From NCBI GenBank assembly GCA_951406725.2, contig OX597815.1, positions 77,066,001-77,130,000 on the forward strand: a stretch of 64,000 nt of DNA, read 5' to 3'. Shown one piece after another: positions 26,672 through 39,749 of the stretch (its first letter is position 1; every line of letters starts with the position of its first letter). This DNA comes from Octopus vulgaris. Its lineage: Eukaryota. Under the pieces are notes generated by a model, which searched no databases, was not told the origin of the DNA, and saw only the letters and a program-made list of their open reading frames with translations. Made by a program: the position numbers and the translations under genes.

Positions 26672-27197
26672 GTGGTGAGCTGGCAGAATTCTTAGCAGTA
26701 TTTCGTCTGCCACTACGTTCTGAGTTCAAATTCCGCCGAGGTCGATAAATTAAGTACCAGTTACGCACTGGGATCGATATAATCGACTTAATCCGTTGGT
26801 CTTTCCTTGTTTGTCCTCTCTGTGTTTAGCCCCTTGTGGGTAGTAAAGAAATAGTTATTTCGTCTGCCGCTACGTTCTGAGTTCAAAATCCGCCGATGTC
26901 GACTTTGCCTATCATCTTTTCGGGGTCGATTAAATAAGTACCAGTTACGCACTGGGATCGATATAATCGACTTAATCCGTTGGTCTTTCCTTGTTTGTCC
27001 TCTCTGTGTTTAGCCCCTTGTGGGTAGTAAAGAAATAAGTATTTTGTATGCTGCTGTTCTGAGTTCAAATTCCACCGCAGTCGACTTCGCCTTTCATCCT
27101 TCCGGGATCGATTAAATAAGTACCAGTTACGCACTGGGATCAATTTAATCTACTTAATCCCCTCCCCCAAGCTACCCTTGTGGTAAAAATTTGAAAT
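26672..27197 (+). mobile_element. Trimeric SINE family A
   Basis: One head followed by three tandem B-box-containing units (~26700, ~26857, ~27040). Confidence 0.85.
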
Positions 27198-27218
27198 TCC
27201 TATTACCACTGGCGTTGT

Positions 27219-27430
27219 TGTTAGTAATAGTAGTAGTGGTAGCAGCGGGTGTGGTAGTAGTAACAGTAGTAGCGGTGGCGGAGTAGTAGCGGTAGTATCA
27301 GGGTAGTGGTGGTGGTGGTGGTATTAGTAGTAGTGGAGGTGGTATTGGTGGTAGTTATTGTGATAGTAGTACATGTCGAGGTGGTAGCAGTGTTGTTGTT
27401 GGTGGTGGTGGTGGTGGTAGTGGTGGTGGA
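27219..27430. repeat. Degenerate (GTA/GTG)n trinucleotide tract
   Basis: Direct inspection. Confidence 0.8.
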
Positions 27431-27662
27431 GCCGGAACTGCAATAAAATATTTTTTTGTTTTTACTGTTGGAATAAAATTGTGTAACACATTTCGTATTG
27501 GAGGGAGGAAGTTGATAATTTAAGCGTCCCAAACTATTTCTTTCATCCATTATAACTAGTCTCGACCATGTCAGATAAATTGCAAATGTCAACTTATTTA
27601 TTAAATATGCATCTATCTCACTTTTTTGTCTCTCTCTTTCTCGCTCTTCACTTTTCTACCCT

Positions 27663-27727
<65 letters not shown>

Positions 27728-28582
27728 CACGCTCACACATGCACGCACACACACACACGCACATACATATATTTTTTTTTCTTTTTTGTCCCTTTCTTTA
27801 ACCTCTTGTTCTTGTCCCTCCTACTTTATTATATATGAATATATTTCATTGCCCATGCATGTTAATGATAGTGTGCATATGTGTAGGTGTATGTGTGTGC
27901 GTGTGTATAAATATGTATGTAGGTAGGTAGGTAGGTATGTATGCATGTGTGCGTGGGTGTAATATTCAAAACCTTTTCAACGTTTCGTGGCCTTCATCTT
28001 ATCTCCTTCATTAAAAGGTTGTTAGTCGATGTTTATTTATTTATTGCAGTAGAGATTGATATCACTGGTAATATAGTCATAATATGATTGAAAATTTTCC
28101 ACGTTAAATCTAATTTACTACTTGTGAAAATTTCTTGAAGTTTTCTGCCCTTTTCTTTGTGAGTTGCTAACGATTGGCGCAAACTTTTTTACTTCCCTTT
28201 TCCATGTATGTGCTTACGTATATACTCGGTTGGCTGCCAGTGTGTGATTGTGCGTGTTTTTGAGACAGACGGGGAAGGACGACAAAGAAAGTGATAAATA
28301 CAAATGTTTGTTAATAAATTAATGTGTGAATGTGTGTGTATTTGTGCGTCTTCGTGAGAGAGAGGTAGGAGAGAGAAAAAGAGACAGATTCAACGAGTTC
28401 TACAGCATCTCCGATGGAAAGAATTTTATTGTTCCAATAGATTTTTGGAGTTAAATATATTTTGGATGGTATGATGGAATTGTAAATTACTGTTTTTGGT
28501 GGCGCTTTTTACTTTTTCTTTTTTTTTAATGTTTCAAAAAATTACCCTGTGGCCCTATATGCAAATTTGCTTTAAATATTGG

Positions 28583-28768
28583 TTTTAAATGTTGGCAAAA
28601 GGCCATTTGGTGGGGAGTCCAAGTCGATAAACCGGTACTTATTTTATCGACCATGAAAGGGTGAAAGGCAGAGTCGACCGCGGGAATTTGAACTCAGAAC
28701 GCAATGTCGGAAGAAATACCGCTAAGCATTTTTCCCTGTACGGTGAAGATTCTGCTAGCTCGCCGCCT
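28583..28768 (-). mobile_element. SINE family A
   Basis: GGAATTTGAACTCAGAAC...GCTAGCTCGCCGCC. Confidence 0.75.
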
Positions 28769-28999
28769 TAAATTTTCTGTAAATATTACATGTTTTTACG
28801 CACTAAAAACGTTTCTTCCTGCTAAAATTGGTGTGCACCTACCATGCACGTGCATCTTTTATGTCATTTTAAGAATATTTTCAATATCTTTGAAAAGGCT
28901 GTCTTTTCATTAAAAAAAGAATATAGGAACCTTGTGACCAAATGATCTTCTGATTTTGTTAAAAGAAATTATGATTATACTTGTAATGTTGGTATGGGG

Positions 29000-29345
29000 T
29001 GATTGGAGGGTTTCTTGTTTAGTTTCTAACTAAATAAAAATGAGCAGGGTTGATACGGAAAAATACGGGTGGAAAGGTAATCCAAATAGATGTTGTTCTG
29101 AAGTGAAAGGATTAGACAAAGTGGTTAATACGGATTCTTGAGAACACGCTGTGTGATTATAAGGGTGAGCGGAAGTGATATGCAACTAGTTTGAAAAGGC
29201 TGAACGGGAATACAGTGCGTCTACGAGGTAGAGGTTCAAATGTGCTGGGTGAGATCTAAGGTGTTTGTGTGTGTAGTAGTAACACCTCTTTAATGGTGAT
29301 GGCAGTATTCCATGGTGGAGGATCTACAGAATCTGCAACTGTTCG
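29000..29345 (-). mobile_element. CR1/Jockey-group LINE 3' end remnant
   Basis: Minus strand RINHFV*SFHFRTTSIWITFPPVFF resembles the conserved SFFPRT..LWN.LP terminal motif. Confidence 0.4.
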
Positions 29346-29356
29346 AAGATATATGT

Positions 29357-29546
29357 CTTTTATCCTTTTTACTTGTATCAGTCAGATTGCAGCCGTGCTA
29401 GTGCACCGCCTTCAACGTTTTAGTCGAACAAATCGACCCTTGTACTAATTTTTTAAAGCCTGGTGCGTCCCATTACTCTGATTTCGAGTTTCAGAGTAAC
29501 GGGACGTAAATAAACCAAAGCTGGTTGTCAAATGCTGATGAAGGAT

Positions 29547-29614
<68 letters not shown>

Positions 29615-29755
29615 GACAGCTTCTTTCAGTCTCCATCTGCCAAATTCACTTATAAGGCTTTGGTCGGCGCTAGCCCAGGGTGCCACGGAGTGGACTGAAC
29701 CCGAAACCATGTGTTTGGGAAGCAAACTTCTTACCATAGACCCACGCCTGTGCCT
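29357..29755 (-). mobile_element. SINE family B (diverged) with internal (CA)n
   Basis: GACTGAACCCGAAACCATGTG...ACGCCTGTGCC, and CTTCTTTCAGTCTCCATCTGCCAAAT. Confidence 0.75.
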
Positions 29756-30110
29756 AATATGTTGAATATTTAAAAGGAAGGACAGCGTTTGGAATACAGA
29801 TTTTGCTGCTATGAATTTAACATCACCAGGAGAGATCATCAGTAAACTTTAAGCCTAATATTAATAGTGACTTTCAGAATTTTGTTTATTATTTAATACT
29901 ATAAAGGATGACGTACGATATTGTTTTTTTTTAAATATATGTAGTAATTGTTTCTTTGTGCTGTTGAAAAAGCTAAAGCTGTCATGCTCAAATTAAAGAA
30001 TGTTTTCCAGATCTTTGCTCATGGGGGTAGTGTAGGTTTCATTTTTGTGAGGTGGGGAGGTGAATTGTCTAGATGCCGCGAGGAGGATAACAATTTGCGA
30101 AAGGTTTGAT

Positions 30111-30903
30111 CCATGGTTTTCAACCAATTTTCACCTATGGACCTTTTTGCTTACTATTTTATTCTGGTGGGCCCCACATAAGCCATTCAATGTTTAAAAG
30201 CTAATTTTATAGATACTTCTTTCAAGATTTCTATTTTTTATTCATACATTCACTTGTATAGAGTGAAGAATGCTACTTTGGCGTGTGATCTACAAGGGAG
30301 ATTACTTTAGGTTACTTATTAGTTTACTTTTCAATTTCTAAAAACCCGTAAGATGTTGGCTTTTTTACAATATGATCGGCGACGTGACGAAAGCAGTTGC
30401 ATTTTTACAAAAAAAAACAGAAAGCAGTTACATTTTTACAAGAAAACAGCATTAGATTCACATCATTTCTTAAGAAAAAGAAAGGTGCCGCTTTGGCGTG
30501 TGATCTACAATTTAAAGAGAGATTACTTTAGGTTAATTTTTAGTTTACTTTGTGATAGTGTTACTTTCCGTGTGATCTACGTGAGAAAATTTATTTAGTG
30601 GGTGATCAACGCGTTTATTTTAATTATCATATGGTTTTCTTATTATTAAAATAGTAAGAATTTTTTAAAAATACATTTATAATGCTAAGTATGTACAAAA
30701 TGATTTTAAAAGTAACCTAAAGTAATGCCCCTTGTAGATCACACGCCAGAGTAGCACCGAGTGAAGTATGTAAACTGTTAATATATGTAATAGATACATA
30801 TAAATCAAAACTTTACATAGACATTTAAAATACTACCGTGTGTCCCTAATTTGCTTGTGTGGACCCCCCAAAATCTTATATGGACTCTAGTTGAGAACCA
30901 TTT
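30111..30903. mobile_element. Old hAT (Charlie-like) MITE hosting a nested TIR element
   Basis: Ends CCATGGTTTTCAACC / GTTGAGAACCATTT, subterminal GGACCCC motifs, imperfect 8-bp TSD GGTTTGAT/GGTTAGGT. Confidence 0.55.
30269..30758. mobile_element. Merlin-like MITE with ~45-bp TIRs
   Basis: TGCTACTTTGGCGTGTGATCTACAAGGGAGATTACTTTAGGTTACTT and its inverse ending GTAGCACC. Exact 8-bp TSD GAGTGAAG at 30261-30268 and 30759-30766. Third internal TIR copy at 30484. Confidence 0.75.
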
Positions 30904-31099
30904 GGTTAGGTAAAAGTGAAGAAGAGAAACGAACATATAGGTAACAACTTAGGAAAAGATTAGAGTTGATTGATTAGGAACAAGAGAAAGAGGGGAAGGG
31001 GAGGGGGAGATGGGGGAGAGAGAGGGAGAGAGAGAGAGAAACCCATTAGTATACGGAATAATGTGATTTAACAGGACCTTTCCGATCCATGAAATTAAA

Positions 31100-31330
31100 G
31101 TTGGACGAATAACAGTTTTAAGCTAAACATGTTGAAAAGATTTCCTGTTTTCAAATTCAACGTTTTTTTTCAGCAAATTTCTCAACGGTGAGGGAATACT
31201 GACAGGTGACAGAGAACATCTGGCACTTTGTAAGCCACACTGGTGACTACTAAGCAGGGAAATAAATTCAAAGTACTGGAAATATTGAAGAGTGTTCCGT
31301 TGACTTTTGATATGTTGGGAATGGTAGTAG
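31100..31330 (+). pseudogene. pogo/Tigger transposase remnant
   Basis: GNIEE(frameshift)VPLTFDM at ~31278-31315 matches the pogo DDE motif GNMDE.PLTFDM. Confidence 0.4.
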
Positions 31331-31483
31331 CTAGTTAATACTTGAAATGATCAGGGGACATACTCTGGCACGTTTCCAAAGACCGGAATAGTTTACAGCA
31401 GAGAGTTTATAGAACAGGCATTGTCAGAGACTGTGATTTTATTGGAATGAAGCGCTCGGAAATCTTGTTGTTGTTACTGTTGG

Positions 31484-31716
31484 TCTTCTTCTTCTTCTTC
31501 TTCTTCTTCTTCTTCTTCTTCTTCTTCTTCTTCTTCTTCTTCTTCTTCTTCTTCTTCTCCTTCTTCTTCTTCTTCTTCTTCTTCTTCTCCTCCTTCTTCT
31601 CCTGCTTCTTCTTCTTCTTCTTCTTCTTCTTCTTCTTCTTCTTCTTCTTCTTCTTCTTCTTCTTCTTCTTCTTTCTTCTTCTTCTTCAGATTCTTCTTCT
31701 TCAGATTCTTCTTCTT
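31484..31716. repeat. (CTT)n microsatellite, probably the tail of a minus-strand retroposon at 31715-31830 (related fragment 26395-26500)
   Basis: Long CTT run adjoining TTTAGACCCAGGGTAGCCCTGATC, which resembles TTTAGCCCCAAGTTAGCTCTGACC at 26402. Confidence 0.75.
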
Positions 31717-33044
31717 TAGACCCAGGGTAGCCCTGATCAAACAGAACTATGCTCAAGACGAATCAGTCGTGACATAACTGTCTTTTGTGGATATTTAGAA
31801 CTACGTTAATTTGAAGGAGATGTCGCTACTTTTTCAAAACAGAGTGATAATTTAGAAACATCTGCATTTACTTTTGACAGGAAGAATTATTACATCTGGC
31901 GCATATGGATATATGGCGGTGAGAGGCTGATGGAAGGAAGAAAGAAAGTTTTGGCTGAATTCTGCTTCATGTGTATGAATTAGGATTAGATGTGAAGCGA
32001 ACAATAAATGTAGTAGATTTCTCTGCAAGAGACTGCTTATAGAGTAATTACAATTGAATTAGGAGTATTCTGTAAAGTTATTTGCACAATAATTGTCTCT
32101 ATAATTTAAGGTAATTTTCAATTAGGTTTCAAATGTTGTAGAAGTACTCAACCAGTAAGTTATATCAATACATGAATAGCTTTAAAGTTAATATGTCCGA
32201 AACAAAAGAATTAATATACTTTTGAAATGGTAAAACGGTTAAAGAATTAAGATATCATCTTTGTACCAGTACTGCAACTAGGTGGGAGAAGAGGCAGTCC
32301 GCTTGAGGCGATGCTTTTAAGGGGTTATGGTTACCAAGAATATTCAAATATCGCTATTGAATATCCCTCAAGAAATACATATGTAACTCTGAAGTTGGGT
32401 AAGTTTATGCTTAATGGTCAATCAAGGGAAAACGGTCATATCTAGAAAAAAAAAAGAAACGTTGATTAATTGTGAAGTTCAATCAGCTACTTCTTTAAAT
32501 GATATTGATTCAACTTATTAGGCTGGGACCACCTACGTCCACAACAACAATAAGATAATTAACAGAAAAATAACATTTTTGAGAGAGACAATGTATTCTA
32601 GTAGTGCTTCAGAATATCTTCAATTTCAATATTGTGAGATGCTCAGGATGGACGGGGAATAAAAAGACGAAAGTTGATAGTCAAAGTGATTAATTTTTAG
32701 AAAAAAATAGAGAAAATACCCTTCGAAAGAAATACAAGTCTAATTTTTTTCGATTCTAATGTATTATCAATACTGTGTGCGTATACATATATTTTCATTT
32801 CAAACACTATATTGTAGAATACAGGAAGATTACTTGAGTTGACGAGCGAAGCAAGGTAGAGATAATTAAGTCTACGCGGCAAAAGCAAATAACAGTTTGT
32901 ATAAATCTGTGAATGTTGTAAATGAAATCATTGCTAGAATAATGGCCATCTATTTTGACCAGGTATAAAAAAGCGTGTAAATTTGAATTTTGTTTTTGTA
33001 TTTTGTTTGCAAGATTTTATTGTGTTTTCAGAAGATCATTATGG

Positions 33045-33410
33045 CAATAATAAACACATGCACTGGTTCCATTTAACTGCTTTATTTATTTATTTATTTT
33101 GTTAATTGGTTAACAATTTAATCAATCAACTAATAAATTGTTTGATTAATCGTTCGGGCAATCAATCAATCATCTCCGTTTCTCGAAGTCCTTTAGTTGC
33201 CATTCACGACCTCATCAATAACTTAGTCCTCTCTTCTTCAGTTCTGCTTCAGGTTTGTCTGCCCAAACCTAGGTGATTGATTGATTGATTGATTGATTGA
33301 ATGACCAAACGATTAATCAAACAATCGATTTATTAATTGGTAAAATATTTAATCAATAAATAATAAATAATACACAAGCGAAATAGAACCAGTGTGTGTG
33401 TTTATTACTC
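33045..33410. mobile_element. Foldback MITE with ~130-bp imperfect TIRs
   Basis: AATAAACACATGCACTGGTTCCATTT...TTGTTTGATTAATCGTT...CAATCAATCA is mirrored by TGATTGATTG...AACGATTAATCAAACAA...AAATAGAACCAGTGTGTGTGTTTATT. Confidence 0.75.
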
Positions 33411-33971
33411 TTCCGAGATACAACAAAATAAATTAAAACTTTTCTAGTAGAAATATTCCTAGCAACGAAACTTCAATTAAAATGTAATAAAATCGTTATA
33501 TGGATTAAAGGTTTAGTTTTGGTATTCGACCTGTATATCTAAAATGTCATTAACATGTCCTATAGAAAAAATCTAACATAGCTTCTGTTTCCTGAAGAAA
33601 CCAAAGTAAAATGTCAAAATTAACTGTAGCTATTTTATGTAATTAAAAGATTTGTCTATGTTGTTCAATGATCTGACCTTTCTATTTCACGATTTACCAC
33701 CCACCCTATCACTTTTCTTTTTTATTTTATTTTCGTTTTTTTTTTTTTCAGTATTATTTTACTGACACTTGGCCATTACATTGTAATCGCTTTTATCCTT
33801 CGTTATCTCACATTCCCCAACACTTTCTATCTACCTATTTTTCTATCTATCTATCTAACTAGCTAGCTATCTCTGTAATTACTCATCTATCGCTCTATCA
33901 ACCTAACTACCTATTAATCTCTTCTCGCTATATTTTACCTTTTCCAATGCTTTTGATTTTCTCTGTCTCTT

Positions 33972-34014
<43 letters not shown>

Positions 34015-34120
34015 GTCTCTTATAGCACCTAGCTTTTCATCTAATAGGTCTCTTCCATGTTTTATTTTGTTGTTTATAAGTTTGCGTATGCAAAGTATTT
34101 TACCTATATTCTCTCTCACC

Positions 34121-34212
<92 letters not shown>

Positions 34213-35467
34213 CTTTCTCTCTCCGTTTGTGAAGTTGTTCATTTCCGATTAAAGACAAACACATGCGCAAACATTCAAGCATACACACGTAAGTTCCGAC
34301 AAATATATCTAAACGAAAGACATAAGCATACACAAAACAATATAGAGAGAATGCGATGAAGAGAAGAGAAAAACAATAATGTATGTGTGTACCTGTGAGG
34401 TTGTTTATAATGTAGAAAGGAGACACCGATAGCAATTGGTGAACGACAGACAGACAGAAAAATAACTAACGCCAATGGTGATAGGTGAAACACAGACAAG
34501 CAGATAAACAACAGACAAACAGACAGACAAACAGACAACTAAATAACTATCTAAATAGACGGAAAGAAAGATTGAGAGTGAGAGAAAGAGAGAGAGAGAG
34601 AGAGATCATCGTTTCGAAGTCCAAGATGTTGAATCACAAAATTATGCGTGTTACTTTATCCTCCACCAGCATGGGAACACAGAACTCTAATAAGGACATA
34701 TTCACACATGTGTTGGTGCCTACATGTACTCACACATTTAGTAGTGTATGTGTGTACATGCAAATGGTTATTTTTTTTATTACCACACACGATTAAAGTT
34801 TTGAGTTTTGGGGAATGCAGCCAGTGGTTTCCGGAGATTAAGAGTAAAGTTATTTCATCTTTAAATACTGAATAAAATAGTGTATGCTCCAAATTATTTA
34901 CTGTCTTTTCCGGAATACAAATTGATGTAGTGTCTAGTTTAAACATGTGGTGACATTCAAACATTATCACTATCTTTCCATAGAAATTTTTGGTCCTCCA
35001 AAGTTGTCTTGATGTATAAGCTAACCTACCTTTTGTGTATAAATTATGGTCTGAAAAATTTGATTTGTATGCTGGAAAATAACTTGTATAAAAAGAGTTT
35101 AGTGAGTGTGCTCAATAGATAGATTTGTAGTAAATATTCAACAGGAAAAGCGGAGCACTGTACAACATATCAGAGGCTATCGATTAGACATACCTTCTGG
35201 TTAGTTTTTATCCAGCAAAAAATAGTTAATCAAGGGCGAGGAAATGTTCTTTATTTATCTTCAACAGTATATGAGAAAATCAAAGAGATTATAGGTATCA
35301 AGAGACCAAATCAAGTCGAAATACCATGTCTAGTGGCCGACGGTGTTCTGAACTAAGACTTGTGTTTTTAACTGCTAGTGCCGTTCCAAGTGTGTGTAGA
35401 CTTTATAAATGTTATAACACTGGTGTTTTCATCAAAGGCAGTTTGAAGTGAATATATATTGATGAGG

Positions 35468-35642
35468 GTTTCAAATCTTGGCACAAGACCAGCGATTTCA
35501 GAGGAGTGGGGTAAGTCGATTACATCGACCCCAATACTCAACTGGTACCTATTTCATCGACCCCGGCCGTGTTTGAATTCAGAGCGTAAAGACTGACAAA
35601 ATGCCGCTAAGCATCTAGCCCGGCGTGCTGACGATTCAGCTA
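35468..35642 (-). mobile_element. SINE family A
   Basis: GTCGATTACATCGACCCC...AACTGGTAC...TTTGAATTCAGAGCG. Confidence 0.7.
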
Positions 35643-35899
35643 GTTAGTGAGTATAATGATATTGAAAAACATTTAGAAAAAAGTCAAGGAAACGTTAATT
35701 CAGTACCAGACATATTTCCAACTGAACAACTGACTGCAGATTTTTGCTGTGTTGAAACATCAGAGAATAAGGTTGGTAAACTTTTTCTTTTACTCTTTCT
35801 TTTTTTTGTTACTGTCATTTCCATACAAAATCACAGAGAAGGAGCACAAGCCAGCTTTGTCCCGAAATTTTTTGAATAAATTAGAATTGTCAAGATCCT

Positions 35900-36520
35900 C
35901 CAAAGAGCTTTGAGAACATTTTGAATGTCGATCATTTACCACATTACAGTCCGTATGCTACACACTCCTTAAATTTAGTAAATGAATATTCTGTGAAAAT
36001 ATGCATTGGAAAATTTCACTCCTTCCTTAAAACATTTCATTCGTGTCATTTTGATTGTATGACTTCATGCGATCTGTTTCCTGCTTAGTTCCTTGTCAAT
36101 CAAATGTGTAACAAGGCTGGTGTTAGTTTACGGAAAACTGTGTCAGTTGTCGATGTTTTCCCTTGAGCATTATATTTTTAGGTCATAAATGTCTGCATAA
36201 ACTAACCAGCTCATGAATGTCTTTTTGTAACCTTAAATGGAAAATATATTAACGATCCTCTTTACCAGAACGTTAATTGCATTTTTTCGCGTCTCACTAT
36301 TGGGTGTTTTGTTTTTTCTCAGCTGAAGAATTTCCCAAGTGTTTTCTTTTTTCTTTCTTTCAATTTGTAATGGAAAACTCTTTCCATTCTGCATCACTCA
36401 CTCGGAATATATACTTTCCAGATTTCTTAGTCACGAAGATTATATGTTATCAAAGGAAAATTAAATGTGTGAACGATTCTTCAAACCGAACGCTAGTTTG
36501 ATTTACTTTATTGAATTCTT
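35900..36520 (-). pseudogene. Possible highly decayed Tigger/pogo transposase (CENP-B HTH region)
   Basis: Only weak motif resemblance (FMSWL; YN..D..E-like) across frameshifts. Confidence 0.25.
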
Positions 36521-36660
36521 CAGTTTCTGGCCTCTCCAGACAACATCGTGACGGCTATGTTTTAAGTCGACATTTATAGGCTGCAGTGTCTGCAGTTGAA
36601 AGTTTATCTTATCCAAGCGGCTTCTATTACTTGGTGTTTCTCATGGTAGGAAACGACTTA

Positions 36661-37183
36661 CCGTAAATCCTCGAGTATAGGCCACCCTTGAGTATAATAC
36701 GCAAGGGATTTTTAGGGGGGCAGTACCTCTGAAAAACTTAAACCTTGTGTATAATATGCCCCCCTTCTCTAACTTGAGTCGTGCGTAATTAAGCCAGCAG
36801 CACCTAGTCGAACAAATACTTCCGCGCATGCGTAATGCAATAATGGTGATGTTCTTAACTGTTATATGGGAATGTAAATATGTTTGCAAATTATTTTTGT
36901 TACGTGTTATTCTATGTTCTGAATACTTTTATTTTAATAAATGTTGCTTACTGCAAGTTATGGATGATTCTTTTATGACTTCATTGCTTTCAGGCTTAGC
37001 TTAAGGTATTTTCGCGCCCGACATCACAAAATGCGTCTGAATAAACATTGCCAAACAGCAAATAGAGACTCCGATATTGCTTAGAATATATTTTTCATTT
37101 TTAACCTCGTATATAGTACGTACTAAGGATTTTGAACTTTAAATTTTGGGAAAAAAATGTGGATTATACTCGAGGATTTACGG
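36661..37183. mobile_element. Tc1/mariner-superfamily (Tc2/pogo-type, CCGTA ends) MITE
   Basis: Perfect 19-bp TIR CCGTAAATCCTCGAGTATA, TA on both flanks, subterminal GTATAATACG repeats. Confidence 0.88.
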
Positions 37184-37307
37184 TATATAGAAACTCATCG
37201 CATTTATCTTATAGGGTAAAGATCGCTCTACATCACCTTTCACAAATTAAACATAGGTGCATCTTCTGTGCGTATTTCTGTATTATTTATAGATTTTTAC
37301 CTCAAAC

Positions 37308-39264
37308 CTGCAGGTTCATGAGGCCAGAATTTATCCAGATTTTTAAGAAGTGTAATCTGAGAGTACAACACTTCCCATCCCTTTCAACGTACAAGTTCAT
37401 CGTAGGTTTAACCTTCAGGTACCACTGGTACTTATTTTCAGTTGAAGGAACCATAACAACAGGAAGTCCTTTGCTCAAGGACACGAATACCACTCGTTCT
37501 GAGAATCGAACCCACTATCTAATAAGTGTGAGTCCAATATGTTAACCACTAGGCCACGCGCTTTCACTATTTGCTTCATCGCAGTGAAAAATAACATTCT
37601 TGCATAAATTTACTTCACCTTGACACATGGACAGAAATATCTTGATCTGGAAACTATCCACATTGTCTGAAACAGTATATTAATGCTGTCATTTTAAACT
37701 TTACTAATCTAATGTTATTTCAACTTCTCTCATCATGTTGAAAAATGCTGAAAAATAAACTTAGTCATACAAACTGTATCGGAGTTACAGTGGAGCTTGT
37801 CTTAATATAAACTTAGGATAACTACAAAATGTATATAGCATGCAGCATCTACAGTTGAAAGTTAATATTCAGTATATGCAGCTGGCTTTTAATATGTGTT
37901 GCTTCTCTTGGTAGAAGACAGGATGTTTCTTAGAAACTCACAACATTAACTCTGCACCCCCTTCAAAATTTTATAAACATGCTGTAAACGTTTGCATAAG
38001 CTTTAGAAATTAAACACCACTTCGAAATGAATTCAGATCTTTTCTTTCTTTCACATGTCTATGTTTATATTTGTTTAGAGAGGGAGCAATATACTTGGCT
38101 AGAGTACACACATAGCTAGACTGTTATAATGGATTTTTATATATCAAAATAACTTCTTTCCTAGTATAATATAATATCCAGCAAAGCAACTATCTACTGT
38201 AAATTAAACTGTGATTGCAGTGATGTTAATGGGGTTCTATGTAACATAAACATATGACAACACATGATAAAACTAATAAATAGCTCGAGTATTTTGTTTA
38301 GTTTCGATAATTGAAAAATTTGTAAAACTATGTAAGAAAAAGGCCTGGCATGCAATACATTTTCATTCCATAGAGTTGTGCTACGCACTAAACTAGGGAT
38401 ATGAATACTGGACCAGGATGTGGTGTGGTGTGGTGTGGTAGGGATTCTTTACTGGAGTTTTCTAAAGTTCTAGTTGGGAACGAGGACCAATATTCAATAA
38501 ATTCTGACATCCTATAAGATTATATACAATCTGTATAATTGTATTTGTTATGAATTTAAACTGTGATTTTCAATACGTTGTACTGATAATCAAGAAAGCA
38601 TATGTCCTAGTGGTTATGTATTTTGGGCTGCTGATCATAAAGTCGTGGGTTCGATTCCTGGACCTGAGTAATACGTTGCGTCCTAGGACAAGGTACATCA
38701 TTTTCCGTTACTACCCAGCTACTCAGTCTACTAAGTTGGAAATCAGTTCCATGTTAGTGCAGGTTCATGAGGCCAGAATTTATCCAGATTTTAAGAAGTG
38801 TAATCTGAGAGTACAACACTTCCCATCCCTTTCAACGTACAAGTTCATCGTAGGTTTAACCTTCAGGTACCACTGGTACTTATTTTCAGTTGAAGGAACT
38901 ATAGCAACAGGAAGTCCTTTGCTCAAGGACACGAATACCACTCGTTCTGAGAATTGAACCCACTATCTAATAAGTGTGAGTCCAATATCTTAACCACTAG
39001 GCCACGCACTTTCACTATTTGCTTCATAGCAGTGAAAAATAACATTCTTGCATAAATTTACTTCACCTTGACACATGAACGTTGAAAGGGATGGGAAGTG
39101 TTGAACTCTCAGATTACACTTCTTAAAAATCTGGATAAATTCTGACCTCATGAACCTGCACTAACATGGAACTGATTTCCAACTTAGTAGACTGGGTAGT
39201 AACGGAAAATGATGTACCTTGTCCTAGGACGCAACGTATTACTCAGGTCCAGGAATCGAACCCA
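37308..39264. repeat. Local direct duplication (37308-37629 = 38758-39077) plus inverted duplication (38646-38838 = rc 39079-39264) containing SINE C-type heads
   Basis: Near-identical blocks read directly. tRNA-like heads at 38598(+), ~37561(-) and ~39008(-). Confidence 0.85.
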
Positions 39265-39452
39265 AGAGTGTAACGACGCGAGGGCATCGATGTTTGATTG
39301 CGACAACTTAGGCACCTAAAACAATTTGCGAAAGTGTGATTCAAGCTACCAGGTTATACTTACTTGGGAGTGACGTTAAGAATGTGTGTGTGTGCGCGCG
39401 TGTGTGTACGTACGTAGTACGTATATATATACGTACGTATATATATACGTAC

Positions 39453-39502
<50 letters not shown>

Positions 39503-39516
39503 ATATATATATATAC

Positions 39517-39672
<156 letters not shown>

Positions 39673-39749
39673 ATATATATATATATACATATACATATAC
39701 GTATATATGTGTGTGTATGAGTGTGTATATATATATATATATGTATATA

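Noticed and set aside
28030-28075. 18-nt micro-exon (TTGCAG|TAGAGATTGATATCACTG|GTAATA); similar 14-nt candidate at ~31174-31187
   Set aside because: Such splice-like motifs arise often by chance in AT-rich DNA. No partner exons are seen, and the second lies in a pogo remnant.
31439-31756. Poly-Glu, poly-Arg and poly-Phe ORFs
   Set aside because: (CTT)n microsatellite read in different frames.
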